A program made the position numbers and the translations under genes. From NCBI GenBank assembly GCA_030390025.1, contig CM059425.1:166286001-166350000 (forward strand): a stretch of 64,000 bases of DNA, read 5' to 3'. The notes below the pieces were generated by a model, which searched no databases, was not told where the DNA came from, and was given only the letters and a program-made list of their open reading frames with translations. Position 1 is the first letter of the stretch; each line of letters starts with the position of its first letter. Shown in pieces: positions 24,901 through 38,189 of the stretch. The DNA is from Squalus acanthias (Eukaryota).

Positions 24901-26355
24901 GGGTGTTACTCGCATGCTACACTTCGTGCGGTCCCGAAATCTCCCATTCTCTACCGGGGATGTAAAGAAGATGTGCTCGGACTGCAGAGTCTGTGCGGAA
25001 TTGAAACCTCAGTTTTTCCGCCCCTCGGGTGGTATACTAATACATGCGACCCAGCCAATGCAACGGCTTAGCATCGATTTTAAGGGGCCGTTGCCCTCTT
25101 CAACTCGCAACACTTATCTATTGACCATGGTCGATGAGTATTCCCGTTTTCCGTTTGCCTTTCCCTGCCCCAATATGCTGACGACCACGGTTATCAGCTG
25201 CCTTGAGCAGGTATTTGCTTTCTGTGGCATGGCATCCTATGTTCATTCAGATCGGGGCCCTTCTTTTATGTCAGGAGAACTCAAGGCCTATCTCTCGGAA
25301 CGGGGTATTGCTGCCAGCAGAACGACGCCTTATCATCCGGTCGGGAATGGGCAAGTCGAGCGTTTTAACGCTATCATCTGGAATGCGGTACGTCTGGCTT
25401 TGAGATCTCGGGGCCTACCCAACCAGCAATGGGAAGCAGTACTTCCAGACGCATTACACTCCACACGGTCCCTCCTTTCGACCGCCATAAATACGACGCC
25501 TCATGAACGGTTCTTCCGATTTCAGCGTCGCTCATCCTATGGGATATCTCTCCCGTCGTGGCTGACTGCACCGGGACCAGTGCTACTCCGAAGATATGTC
25601 CGGGCGTCTAAGAATGACCCCCTGGTAGATGAGGTTGAGCTCACTGACGTCAACCCTACCTACGCCTATATTCGATATCCTGACGGTCGGGAATCTACCG
25701 TGTCATTGCGGGATCTGGCTCCCTGCCCGCCGAAACATAGAGGGACACCAGGGGATGATATTGTACCAGGCACATCTCTGGGCTCGCCAGGTGCCTCTCA
25801 TCACGATCTGGATCTGACGCCGGCTGGTACCTCACTCCAGCGTGCCGACCTGGGGCAGACTGACTATGAGCCCGTCGGGGCTCGCACGCGCAGCCACGAT
25901 CCACCCTGTACCATACGCTCGGAAACGGATCTGCCACAGCCCTGCTCGACACCCGTTCGGGCACCAGTACACAGTCAGGATCGTCCTGACCCCTCACAGA
26001 GCGGGCCGGATCACTCGGACTCTGGTCCACGGCCCGCGGCGGGTAAACGGGCTAGGGGCCCTCTACCGCTACGAGAACCCAAACGGGTGCGGCTCTCCCT
26101 CGTCCGGCGGCTACGAAATGGAGGGAGCATCCCGGCCTCCTAATCTTTTGGGGGGGGAGAATGTGGTAACACAATACAGCTTCCTGTGACTCGAACTTTA
26201 TTGCATCACTTCCTGTGATTAGTCCAGGATAAATACTGGACTGAGCAGTTGGATCCTGGAGAGGCATAGAGTAAGACCTCTTTTGTATGTAGCACCTTTT
26301 TAGTTGATTAAAGCTTACTTTAAGTTCACCACGCGTAAGGCTCATTCTTACGACA
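21916..26355 (+). mobile_element. Gypsy/Ty3 LTR retrotransposon A (Mag-like), full length
   Basis: 194-bp TG..CA LTRs 21916-22109 and 26162-26355 with one mismatch; PPT before the 3' LTR; flanks GCTTT/GTTTT. Confidence 0.97.
22188..26143 (+). CDS. gag-pol: gag-pol of Gypsy A (Gag with double Zn knuckle, PR, RT, RNase H, integrase); one frameshift near 24745
   Basis: CFFCG..H....CPA....C..C.KKGH....C; LIDSGS; DLKSAYHQ and YLDN; ECDAS; HHCC plus D,D35E (SIDFKG, HSDRG, QVERFN). Confidence 0.95.
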
Positions 26356-27788
26356 GTTTTAGTGCTTAGTGCAAGTTAGTGGGTAGAAAAACAAAAAAAA
26401 ACTTTCAACAAATGAGAAAGTAGATATAAATAATCTAGACTAAGATATGGCAGAGCAGATTGTGTGTCTGGACTGCAGTATGTGGGAGTTTGTGGACAGC
26501 GAGACTGTCCTGAGCGAACACATCTGCAGGAGATGTCTCCATCTCGAATCTCTCCGGCTCAGTCATTGAGCTGGAGTGTGAGTTGGAGACACTCCGACAC
26601 ATAAGGGAGTGGGATCAGTATCTCAACAGTTTGCTCCAGACCTCGGTCACATCTCATAGAGAGGTGCAGGTTCAGAATGGGGTTGGTGTGACCGATAGTG
26701 TGCAGAGTAAGGGGAACCCAGGTGAGATAGAGAATGAGGATCTGCAGAAACTGATCCTATTCAACAAGTACAATGTACTTGTTACCTGTGAGGATAAGGA
26801 TAAAGACTGTCGGAAGGATAGCTAGAATGCGGACCATGGCACCTTGGAGCAGGAGGCTGTCCAAAGGAGGGAGGGGGAGGAGGGTGAGGAGGAGGAGCAG
26901 GGGAAGTGTAATGTGGTAGTTGTAGGGGATTCTATAATTAGGGGGACAGGTAGCATCCTTTGTAAGCAGGATCGAGAGTCCCACATGGTATGTTGCCTAT
27001 CTGGTGCCAGGGTAAGGGACATCTCGAACTGGCTTGAAAGGATACTGGAGAGGGGGGGGGAGGATCCAGTCATTGTGGTCCATGTTGAGACCAGCAACAT
27101 AGGGAAGAGTAGGCAAGAGGTCCTGTTCGGGGAGTACCAGGAACTAGGAGCTAAATTAAAGAACAGGGCCTCAAGGGTTATAATCTGTGGATTATTACCT
27201 GAGCCACGTGCAAACTGGCATAGGGATAAGCAGATTAGAGAGGTGAACATGTGGCTGAAGGTGTATTGTGGGAAAGAGGCGTTCCATTTCATGGGACACT
27301 GGCACCAGTATTGGGACAGGAAGGAACTGTACCGTTGGGGATGGGCTCCACCTGAACCGGGTTGGGCCCAGGGTCCTAGCGGAAAGGATAAATAGGGCAG
27401 TTACAAAGACTTTAAACTAGTAAATGGGGAGGAGGGCTCAGGTGGAAATTGTAGTATAAATAATAGTTCAAAAACAAATGAAAGGAAAGAGAGTAGAGCA
27501 ACAGTCAGAAATTGTGCTTTAGGCACTACAGGTAAAGGGAAAACTAAAAGATGTAAAGTAATTAAACCAGGAGAGAGAAATAAGAAACATGTGAGTAAAA
27601 CATTAGAGCTGAAGGACAAGTTAGGTTTTGTGGCCCAAATAAGCGTTCTTTATACAAATGCACGAAGTATAAGGAATAAATTGAATGAACTGCAGGCACA
27701 AATTCAAATTGGAGGGTATGACATGGTAGCCATTACTGAGACATGGCTGCAAGACAGTCAGGACTGGGAACTAAATATACCAGGTTAT

Positions 27789-30341
27789 CTTCTCTTCTTC
27801 TTAGGCAGTCCCTCAGAACCGAGGATGACTTGCTCCCACACTAAAAATGAGTTCTCAGGTGACTGATGAGTCCAATACGGGAGCTACAGTCTCTATCACA
27901 GGTGGGGCAGATGGTGGTTGAAGGGGCGGGTGGGTGGGGTGCTTGGGTTGACGTGCGCTCCTTCCGCTGTTTGCACTTGGCTTCCGCTTGCTCCCGGCGA
28001 AGAGACTCGAGGTGTTCAGCGCCTTCCTGGATGCTTCTCCTCCACTTTGTGTGGTCTTGGGCCAGGGATTTCCAGGTGCTGGTGGGGATGTTGCACTTTT
28101 TCAAGGAGGCTTTGAGAGTGTCCTTGAAGCGTTTCCTCTGCCCACCTGAGCTCTCTTGCCATGTCGGAGCTCTGAGTAGAGCGCTTGTTTTGGGAGTCTC
28201 GTATCGGGCATGCGGACAATGTGGCCCGTCCATCAGAGCTGATCGAGCGTGGTCAAAGCTTCGATGCTGGGGATGTTGGCCTGAGCGAGAACACGGACGT
28301 TGGTGCGCCTATCCTGCCAATGGATTTGCAGGATCTTGCGGAGGCAGCGTTGGTGGTACCTCTCCAGTGCTTTGAGGTGCCTGCTGTACATGGTCCATGT
28401 CTCTGAGGCATACAGCAGGGCGGGTATCACTGCTACTCTGCAGACCATGAGCTTAGTGCCGGGTTTGAGGTCTTGGTCTTCAAACACTCTCTTCCTCAGG
28501 CAACCGAAGGCTGCACTGGCACACTGAAGGCGGTGTTGGACTTCGTCATCGACGTCTGCCCTTGTTGACAGTAGGCTCCCGAGGTATGGAAAGTGGTCCA
28601 CGTTGTCCAAGGCCTCGTCATGGATTTTGATAATTGGCGAGCAGTACTGTGTGGCGGGGGCAGGTTGGTAGAGGACCTTTGTCTTATGGATGTTTAGTGT
28701 AAGGCCCATGCTCTCGTACGCTTCGGTGAAGGTGTTGACAATGGTTTGGAGTTCGACCTCAGAGTGTGCGCAGACACAAACGTCGTCTGCATACTGTAAT
28801 TCGATGACAGAGGATGGGACGACCTTGGATCTGGACTGGAGATGTCGGAGGTTGAACAGTTTCCCGTTTGTTCTGTAGATTAGCTCAACTCCAGCGGGGA
28901 GCTTACTGAGGGTGAGATGGAGCATTGCAGCCAGGAAGATTGAGAAGAGCATTGGTGCGATGACACAGCCTTGCTTGACACCGGTCCATACGTGAATTGG
29001 GTCTGTGGTGGATCCGTTGGTCAGGATCATGGCTTGCATGTCATCGTGAAGCAGGCGGAGGATGGTGACAAACTTTTGAGGGCAGCCGAATTTGAGGAGG
29101 ACACTCCATAATCCCTCATGGTTGACGATGTCAAAGGCCTTTGTGAGGTCAAAGAAGGCCATGTAAAGCGGTTGGTGCTGTTCCGTGCATTTCTCTTGTA
29201 GTTGACGCGCGGTGAAGATCATGTCCATTGTGCCCCTTAGTGGGCGGAATTCGCATTGCGACTCTGGGAGGAGCTCTTCAGCCACTGGGAGAAGACGATT
29301 GAGGAGGATTCTTGCCATGACTTTCCCTGTGGCAGACAGCAGGGAGACTCCTCTGTAATTACCACAATCGGATTTGTCACCTTTCTTGAAGATGGTCACA
29401 ATTACGGCGTCTCTGAGCTCCCCTGGCATGCTCTCCTCCTTCCAAATAAGAGAAATGAGTTCATGTATTCGCGCCAATAGTGCTTCTCCGCCATGTTTTA
29501 GTGCCTCAGCGGGGATCCATCTGCTCCTGAGGCCTTGTTGTTCTTCAGTTGTCGGATGGCCTTTTCAACTTCATGCTGGGGTGGGGATGTGCTGAGGTGG
29601 TGGCGGGTAGCATGCTGCGGGGTGGAGTTGAGGACACTTGTGTCGAAGACAGAGTCTCGGTTAAGGAGATCTTCAGTAGGAGTATGTTTGTGTGTGTGTG
29701 CTAGGCCGATGTAGCAGAGCCTGGTCTCCAATCATCTTGGATCCCCTTGCCATTGGACCAAGACCTTGCTCTGTCAAGCCTGTGTGGTAGCTGGTGTGCA
29801 ACAGCCACCCCATGTTAAAAGAATTCACGCACAGGCATCTTCCACCCTTTAAAATGAAGTTCGGGACCTGGAACGTCAGGACCCTCATGGACAACCCCAA
29901 CAGCGACAGACCGGAACGCCGTACTGCTATCGTTGCCCGGGACCTCAGACATTTCGACATAGACATCGCCGCCCTAAGCGAGACCCGGTGGGCAGGGGTA
30001 GACCAGCTCAAGGAGCAAGGCGGTGGTTACACCTTCTTCTAGAAAGGCAAACCTGAAGAAGAACGCTGCCTCCATGGGGTAGGCTTTGCCATAAAAAATG
30101 AGCTAGTTGAACGTCTCAGAGACTCCCCTTGTGGAATAAACGAATGCCTCATGACTCTACAGCTCACCCTAGCCCGGAACCAGTGCGCTATGGTCATCAG
30201 TGCGTACGCCCCAACACTGGAAGCCACAGACGAGACCAAAGAGGAACTCTACTCCAGCCTTGAACAATCCCTGTCCCGAGTCCCAACGGACGACAAGCTG
30301 ATCCTCCTTGGTGACTTTAACGCCAGAGTTGGAAAGGACAC
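27789..30341 (-). mobile_element. RTE-clade LINE with inverted 5' segment (3' part 27789-29674 minus; 5' part 29675-30341 plus)
   Basis: RT ORF 28233..29477 (GVKQGCVIAP, QYADD), C-terminal CxxC..H, (GAA)n tail; APE start MKFGTWNVRTL on the opposite strand; TSD ACCAGGTTAT at 27779-27788 and 30342-30351. Confidence 0.92.
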
Positions 30342-30797
30342 ACCAGGTTATAAGGTCTACAGGAAAGATCGGAAAAATGGCAGAGGGGGAGGAGTAGCCT
30401 TAGTGATTAAGGATGAAATCACTTCAATAATAAGAGAGGATATAATGAGAGGTAAGCAGGCAGTGGAGACTTTATGGGTAGAATTAAGAAATAGGAAAGG
30501 ATTTAAGACTGTAGTGGGAGTTGTGCAGAGGCCCCTGGTAGCAGCTGTGAAGTGGTAGATTGTATAAATGCAGAGATTAGACAAGCATGTAGTAAAGGCA
30601 GAGTGGTTTTAATGGGAGATTTTAACTTTCATATAGATTGGGATAAGCAGACCAGCACCTGTCAGAAAGGTAGTGAATTTTTTGAGTGTGTCCGGGATAG
30701 ATTTCTGCAACAATATGTCCTAGAACCAACAAGAGGGCAGGCCATATTAGATTTAGTGATGAGCAATGAGACAGATTTACTTAACAGCCTAACCGTG

Positions 30798-33700
30798 TGT
30801 CATAAATCGCAAGTAACAACTCAGGAAGTACTACTGGGCGGCCAGCTGGGGCGCCGTCCAGGGAGTATAAATACTCAGGCATGGGCCCACCTTGGGCAGA
30901 GACAATCTGGAAACAGGAAGCTAGTGACTGCTAACTAGACCTCCATGTTTTGTTACAAGTTGATTAAAGCCTTGCTTTATGTTCAAGTGCGTAGTGAGTC
31001 TTTATTACGTCAATTTAATCAACTTGATATCGTCTCGACGCTTTGGGTGATTCGGAACAACCAGCTGCAACTCGAACCACAGAAGGGAACTAGGGCAAGA
31101 AACTGATCCATCATGGAAAAACTCCTTAGACCCGCTCGTCTCGACCTGGACCCGAATGCACCTGCGGCAGCAAAGGTATGGAAGCATTGGTTTCGTACCT
31201 TTAGCAACTTTCTTGAAGAATGTGGGGCGGATGTCCCTAATAAGTTACGAATGCTTATCAACTACGTGTCTCCTCATGTGTATGATTATATTGAGGACTG
31301 TATAGACTATGACACTGCTATCGAAATCTTACAGCAGCTATATGTCAAGTCCCCAAATGAAATCTTTGCTCGACACCTACTGGCCACAACTTGGCAGCAG
31401 CCTGGGGAATCACTCGATGAATTTCTCCAGAAACTTCGCAGGCTCAGCAAGGATTGTAACCTTAAAGCAGTTTCAGCTGAACAGTATCAAGAGGAACTAA
31501 TCCGCGATTCCTTTATCAATGGAATCGCGTTCCCTTTTATACGTCAGCGCCTGCTGGAAAATAAAACCCTCAATTTACGGGCTGCTTATGACCAGGCGTG
31601 TTCCTTGGACTTGGCCAAGAAAAATGCAGACACTTATCTCCCACCACGTGCACGGGCGGCGGCTATCTCCTTTAATGAGTCTTTCGGTAGGTCTCGGGCG
31701 GATGCCCCCACTGATGTTGACTCTACTCTAACAGACGACGACCCTACCCTAGAGGCCTTCGCTGATGACGACCCCTGCCCTAGCAGCATCCTGGCAATCA
31801 GGAAGAAAGTGTTTCTTTTGTGGAGGGGCGTGCCATCACAGAAAATTTTGCCCGGCTCGTAATGTGACCTGCAATCATTGCAGCAAGAAAGGACACTTTT
31901 CCAAGGTATGCCAGTCACGGGCCTTTGCTAACAAGAAAGGCCGCTCCTCTAAAGTATACCGGTCGAGAGCTCCTGTTAGCTTCACAGCTGCTATCTATGG
32001 AGCTGCTCCTCCCCCAAGAACTACTGTTAAGGCTACAGTTGCCGAAGGGAAAATTGCCCCTCCTCCCATCACGGCTGTTTTTCCCCAAAGTTTGTCCCAT
32101 GCAGCCACGAAGGTTTCAGTAAATGGGCACACTCTAAGCGCGCTAATCGACTCCTGCAGCTCTGACAGCTTCATTAGTAAGCGGGCTGTCAACAGGTTAA
32201 AACTGCACATTTATCCCTCGGACAGGGAGATTGCAATGGCTCTGACGACTCTGACCACCAATTCTTCTGGCTTCTGTCTGGTCAACCTCATCCTCAACGG
32301 CCGCACGTATCTCTCCACCCGGCTCGGAGTACTTGCAAACTTATGCAGCGATGTGCTTCTGGGACAGGACTTCCAGAAGCAGCACAAGAAGATCACTTTT
32401 GAGTTTGGAGGGTCAAGGCCGGAGCTTACCATTTCTAAGGTGCCGTTTTGTGCACTCTCGGCGGCCTTACTCGGTGAACCCTCCCTGTTTGCCAATCTTC
32501 CCCCCCGCTGTAAACCCATAGCCACCAAATCGCGGCGCTTTAGCCAAGATGATCGAGCGTTTATTGAGGCGGAAATCTCTCGCCTTTTAGTCGACGGTAT
32601 TATCGAGCCATGTTCATCTCCCTGGCGGGCTCAGGTCGTCATCGTGAGGAATCCCTTAAAACAACATAAAAAACGTCTGTGTATCGATTATTCGCAGACT
32701 ATTAATCTATATACCGATCTGGATGCCTACCCGCTGCCACGCATAGATGACATGGTCAACAACCTTGCCAAATACAAGGTATTCTCGACCTTCGATTTAA
32801 AAAGCGCGTACCATCAGGTGCCACTGCAAGACTCCGACAAGAAGTATACGGCCTTTGAGGCCAATGGTCGGCTTTTCCAGTTTCGCCGCCTTCCATTCGG
32901 GGTCACCAATGGGGTGGCCGTCTTCCAACGGGCCATGGATGGCCTAGTCCGGCAAGAGAACTTGACGGATACCTTTCCGTATTTAGACAATATCACTATT
33001 GCCGGCCATGATCAAAAGGAGCATGACGCCAATCTTCAGAGATTTTTTGACGTACTCCGCCGTCGCCACTTAACGTTAAACGAATCCAAATCGGTGAAGT
33101 CGGTGCCATCGGTGAACATTCTTGGCTACTGGATGGGCAACGGTGTTATTAAACCGGACCCAGAGCGACTTCGTCCACTTCAGGAGCTCCCTCCCCCGAC
33201 GAACCTCGGCTCTCTTCGTCGGGCACTTGGCATGTTTGCTTATTACGCAAAATGGATACCACACTTCTCCGATAAAATACAGCCCCTGCTCCATGCGAAG
33301 TCTTTTCCATTGGAAGCTACGGCTATTTCTGCCTTCAACCTCCTCAAACGACAGCTGGAGAAAGCCACGCTTCGCTCCATTGACGAAAATCTTCCTTTTG
33401 TGGTCGAATGCGATGCATCGGAGGTGGCGATCTCCGCTACCTTGAATCAAGGTGGCCGACCCGTGGCATTCCTATCCAGAACCTTGCAGGGTAGCGAGCT
33501 CCATTACCCCCCCCCGTCGAGAAGGAGGCTACGGCCATCATCGAGGCTGTACGCCAATGGGGTCATTTTCTTGCTCGGCGTCATTTTACGCTTATAACTG
33601 ACCAGCGCTCTGTGGCCTTCATGTTGGATAACCGGAGGCGCACGAAAATCAAAAATAATAAAATTCAACTCTGGAGGATGGAGCTGGCTGCCTTTGGATA

Positions 33701-35310
33701 TACTATCTGTTACCGACCCGGCAAACAGAACGTGGCCCCAGATACCTTCACACGGGCATTTTGCTCCTCAATGTCAACGTCGACTCTGGCGGATTTGCAT
33801 ATGGACTTATGCCATCCTGGTGTGACCCGCATGTTGCACTTTGTGCGCTCCAAAAATCTACCATTTTCAACCGAGGACGTAAAGAAAACATGCTCCTCCT
33901 GTAGGATTTGTGCAGAATTGAAACCACAATTCTTTCGCCCATCAGATGGCTTACTCATACATGCAATGCAGCCTATGCAGAGGCTCAGCATAGACTTTAA
34001 AGGGCCATTGCCTTCGTCGACAAGGAACACCTACCTACTTACGATGGTGGACGAGTATTCACGCTTTCCCTTCGCCTTCCCCTGCCCTAATATGCTTACC
34101 TCTACGGTAATTAAATGCCTCGATCAGGTCTTTTCCCTTTGCGGGACGGCCAATTTTATCCACACTGATCGGGGTCCCTCCTTTATGTCGAGTGAACTTA
34201 AAAGTTATCTCTCCCAACGGGGAATCACCTCAAGTAGGACGACACCATATCACCCAATCGGTAACGGACAGGTTGAACGATACAATGCCATCATCTGGAA
34301 CGCTGTCCGTCTGGCACTAAGGTCACGCAACCTGCCGGACCAGCAGTGGGAAACGGTGCTCCCCGACGCGTTACACTCTATCAGGTCTCTTCTCTCCACA
34401 TCTACTAATGTCACGCCTCATGAGCGATTCTTCAAATTCCGGCGTCGCTCTACACATGGGACATCTCTACCGTCATGGTTGGTGGCTCCAGGCCCGGTAC
34501 TACTCCGGAGGTTCGTCCGGTCTGCCAAAAACGACCCTCTCGTTGACGAGGTGGAGTTAACGGAGGTAAACCCCACGTATGCGCACGTACGGTACCCTGA
34601 TGGCCGGGAGACCACCGTCTCGCTCCGAGATCTGGCTCCCTGCCCAACCGGTCACACGGGCCCGAATGATGAAGGATCCCCCGACAATGATATCAACACT
34701 CCGCACCCCTATGAAAATGACGCCCCGCTTGGGACATCGGGGGATCTGCCGGCAACGCTACCGGATCAACTCAGGGAGCTGGACGCTCCCCGTCAGATGG
34801 CCACCCGAAACCAGGACGCCGGACAATCTCCAGCCACGACCCGGGATGAGGCCAGCTCAGCACCTGTGGGGACCCGCACCCGGAGTCATGATATTCCCAG
34901 TCCTCCACAGGATGATCAAGATGACGCGGACTCTACTGACTTACCGGTACGGGCCAAGCGACCCAGGGACCAGGACACGGTCCGGGGAGACTTGCCTTCC
35001 AGTCACAAGCAGAGAGCTAAACGTTTGCGGCTATTTCTGGTCCACCTAGTCCGTTAAAGGAAGACTGGACTTCCAAACCTTTTAGGGAGGAAGAATGCCA
35101 TAAATCGCAAGTAACAACTCAGGAAGTACTACTGGGCGGCCAGCTGGGGCGCCGTCCAGGGAGTATAAATACTCAGGCATGGGCCCACCTTGGGCAGAGA
35201 CAATCTGGAAACAGGAAGCTAGTGACTGCTAACTAGACCTCCATGTTTTGTTACAAGTTGATTAAAGCCTTGCTTTATGTTCAAGTGCGTAGTGAGTCTT
35301 TATTACGTCA
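30798..35310 (+). mobile_element. Gypsy/Ty3 LTR retrotransposon B (Mag-like, distinct family from A), full length
   Basis: 215-bp LTRs 30798-31012 and 35096-35310 with one visible mismatch; perfect 5-bp TSD CCGTG; PPT AGGGAGGAAGAA. Confidence 0.97.
31113..35057 (+). CDS. gag-pol: gag-pol of Gypsy B; frameshifts near 31775 and 33510
   Basis: ORFs 31113..31862, 31765..33597 and 33612..35057 are collinear with the element A polyprotein; YLDN, DDE integrase. Confidence 0.94.
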
Positions 35311-35406
35311 CCGTGCATGAACATTTATCTAATAGCGATCATAACATGATCGAGTTCAAAGTAGTGTTTGAAAGGGAAAAACACGAAACAGCTACTAAGA
35401 TTTTAA

Positions 35407-35534
35407 GGGCTAGAAATTCCTCTTGAGCAGTGGCGCAAAACTGCAATGGACCTGAATATCAGGTGCTGCGTATGATGGGCGGCCGATCCGAAACTGTCGG
35501 TTTTGTGCCATCGCCCAAGATGAATCTCTAGGCC
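35407..35534. mobile_element. 128-bp MITE inserted in CR1 ORF2
   Basis: ~35-bp imperfect TIRs GGGCTAGAAATTCCTCTTG.../...CAAGATGAATCTCTAGGCC; flanks TAA/TAG. Confidence 0.8.
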
Positions 35535-36972
35535 TAGATTTTGGTAAGGCTGAATTCAATGCGATGAGACAGAGACTGTCCACAGTAAACTGGGCAAATC
35601 TGTTAATGGGTAAAATGACAGAAGATCAGTGGGAGTTGTTCAAAAAATAATTTAATGTGATACAGAACCAGTTGAAACCCCTGAGGAGCAAATGCTCTAC
35701 TTGCCAAAAAAACAGCCATGGATGACAAAAGAGGTAAGAGACAACATACAACTAAAAGAAAAAGCATGCAAAAATGCAAAAAATAGCACAGATCCTGGTG
35801 AATGGGAAAGATACAAAGAACAACAAAGGGTCACAAAACAGTTGGTAAGAGCTACAAAAAGGGAGTATAAAAAGAAACTTGCAAGGGTTATCAAAATCAA
35901 CACAATTTTTTTTTACAATTCTATCAGAAAAAGACGGTGGTCAGAAGCAATGTTGGCCCCTTGAAAACTGATAAGGTAATATTGTCAATGATAAGGAAAT
36001 GGCGGAAACGTTGAATAATTGCTTTGCATCAGTATTTACAGTAGAGGAAGAGGTCAGCATGCTGGAAATCCCAAGGAAACTAATATTGAATCAGGGACAA
36101 GGACTCAACAAATTTACTGTAAGCAAAATAACAGTAATGAAGAAAATAATGGCACTAAAGAGTGACAAATCCCCAGGACCAGATGGTTTCCATCCCAGGG
36201 TTTTAAAGGAAGTAGGTGAGAACCTTGAAGATGTCCTAACTATAATCTTCCAAAGTTCTCTTGATTCAGGAACCATTCCTTTAGCTTGGAAAATTGTGCA
36301 TGTCACTCAGCTATTTAAGAATGGTGAGAAAGGGAAACCAGGGAATTATAGACCAGTTAGCCTAACCGCCGTTGTCGGGAAATTACTAGAGTCTATAATT
36401 AAGGATAGGGTGACTGAACACCTCAAAACTTTTCAGTTGATCAGAGAGCCAGCATGGATTTGTGAAAGGCAGGTCATGCCTGAAAAACCTGATTGAATTT
36501 TTTGAAGAGGTGACTAAAATAGTGAACGGGGGAATGTCTATGGATGTTATTTATATGGACTTCCAGAAGGCATTTGATAAAGTCCCTCATAAGAGACTGT
36601 TAGCTAAAGTTGACGCCCATGATTTGAAGGCAAATTATTGACCTGGTTAGAAAATTGGCTGAGCGGCAGGAGACAGAGAGTAAGATAATGGGCAGGTACT
36701 CTAATTCACAGGATGTGACTAGTGGTGTCCTGCAAGGATATGAGTTGGGGCCTCAACTATTCGCTGTATTTATTAATGAGTTAGATGATGGGATAGAAAG
36801 TCATATATCCAAATTTGCCTATGACACAAAGATAGGTGGCATTGTAGGAAGTATAGATGAAAGCATAAAATTACAAAGAGATATTGATAGATTAAGTGAA
36901 TGGGCAAAACTGTGGCAAATGGATTTCAATGTAGGCAAATGTGAGGTCATCCACTTTGGACCTAAAAAGGAT

Positions 36973-37435
36973 ACATAGATACATAGATACATAGAAGATA
37001 GGAGCAGGAGTAGGCCATCCGGCCCTTCGAGCCTGCTCCGCCATTTAATGAGATCATGGCTGATCCTTCAATTCAGTATCCCGTCCCCGCCTTCTCTCCG
37101 TAACCCTTAACCCCTTTTGCCTGTAGAAATATATCTAATTCCCTCTTAAATATATTTAATGAGCTGGCGTACACTGCCCTCTGTGGCAATGAGTTCCACA
37201 GGTTCACCACTCTCTGAGTGAAGAAATTCCCCCTCATTTCTGTCCTAAATGGTTTAGCCCTTATCCTTAAATTATGTCCTCTAGTTCTGTTCTCACCCGC
37301 CAAGGGAAACATTCCTTCTGCATCTAATCTGTCTAGACCTGTCAGAATTTTATACACTTCTATGAGGTCCCCTCTCAATCTTCTAAACTCCAGTGTGTAC
37401 ATCCCTAAACTACATAGTCTCTCCTCATAGGTCAA
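36973..37435 (-). mobile_element. CR1 3' fragment inserted antisense in CR1 ORF2
   Basis: ORF 37073..37435; (ATACATAG)n tail on plus strand; host CR1 resumes at ~37436. Confidence 0.9.
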
Positions 37436-38189
37436 ACAGGGTACTTTCTAAATGGTGTAAGGCTAGAAGCAGTGGAGGTCCAAAGAGACTTGGGGGGTCC
37501 AGGTACATAGATTATTAAAATGTCATGAACAGGTACAAAAAATAATCAAAAAGGCTAATGGAATGCTGGCCTTTATATCTAGAGGACTAGAATACAAGGA
37601 GGTAGAATTTATGCTGCAGCTATACAAAGCCCTGGTTAGACCACACCTGGAGTACTGTGAGCAGTTCTGGGCACCACACCTTAGGAAGGATATATTGGCC
37701 TTTGAGGGAGTGCAGCGTAGGTTTACCAGAATGATACCTGGACTTCAAGGGTTAAATTATGAGGAGAGATTACACAAATTAGGGTTGTATTCCCTGGAAT
37801 TTAGAAGGTTAAGGGGTGATTTAATCGACATTTTCAAGATATTATGGGGAACAGATAGGGTGGATAGAGAAAAACTATTTCCACTGGTTGGGGAGTCTAG
37901 GACTAGGGGGCATAGTCTAAAAATTAGAGCCAGACCTTTCAGGAGTGAAATTAGGAAACACTTCTACACACAAAGGATGGTAGAAGTTTGGAACTCTCTT
38001 CCGCAAACCGCAATTGATGCTAGGTCAATTGTTAATTTTAAATGTGTGATTGATAGATTTTTGTTAACCAAAGGCATATCGGGCAAAGGCGGGTATCTGG
38101 AGTTAGGTCGCAGATCAGCCATGATCTCATTGAATGGCGGAACAGGCTCGAGGGGCTAAATGGCCTACTCTGTTCCTATGTTCCTATGC

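Larger units (their letters stand above)
21440..38189 (+). mobile_element. Full-length decayed CR1 LINE (5'UTR, ORF1 zinc finger plus SGNH esterase, ORF2 APE-RT) split by five insertions
   Basis: ORF1 from 26447 MAEQIVCLDCSMWE...HICRRC and VVVGDSIIRG; ORF2 YTNARSIRNK...AITETW (27640), GDFN (~30615), KSPGPDG (36165), RT C-terminus 36655-38090; (GTTCCTAT)n tail; 5' boundary approximate. Confidence 0.88.

Noticed and set aside
25695..26345. env-like or extra ORFs at the 3' end of the Gypsy elements
   Set aside because: Short overlapping or antisense ORFs without signal peptide or transmembrane segment; pol ends right at the PPT.
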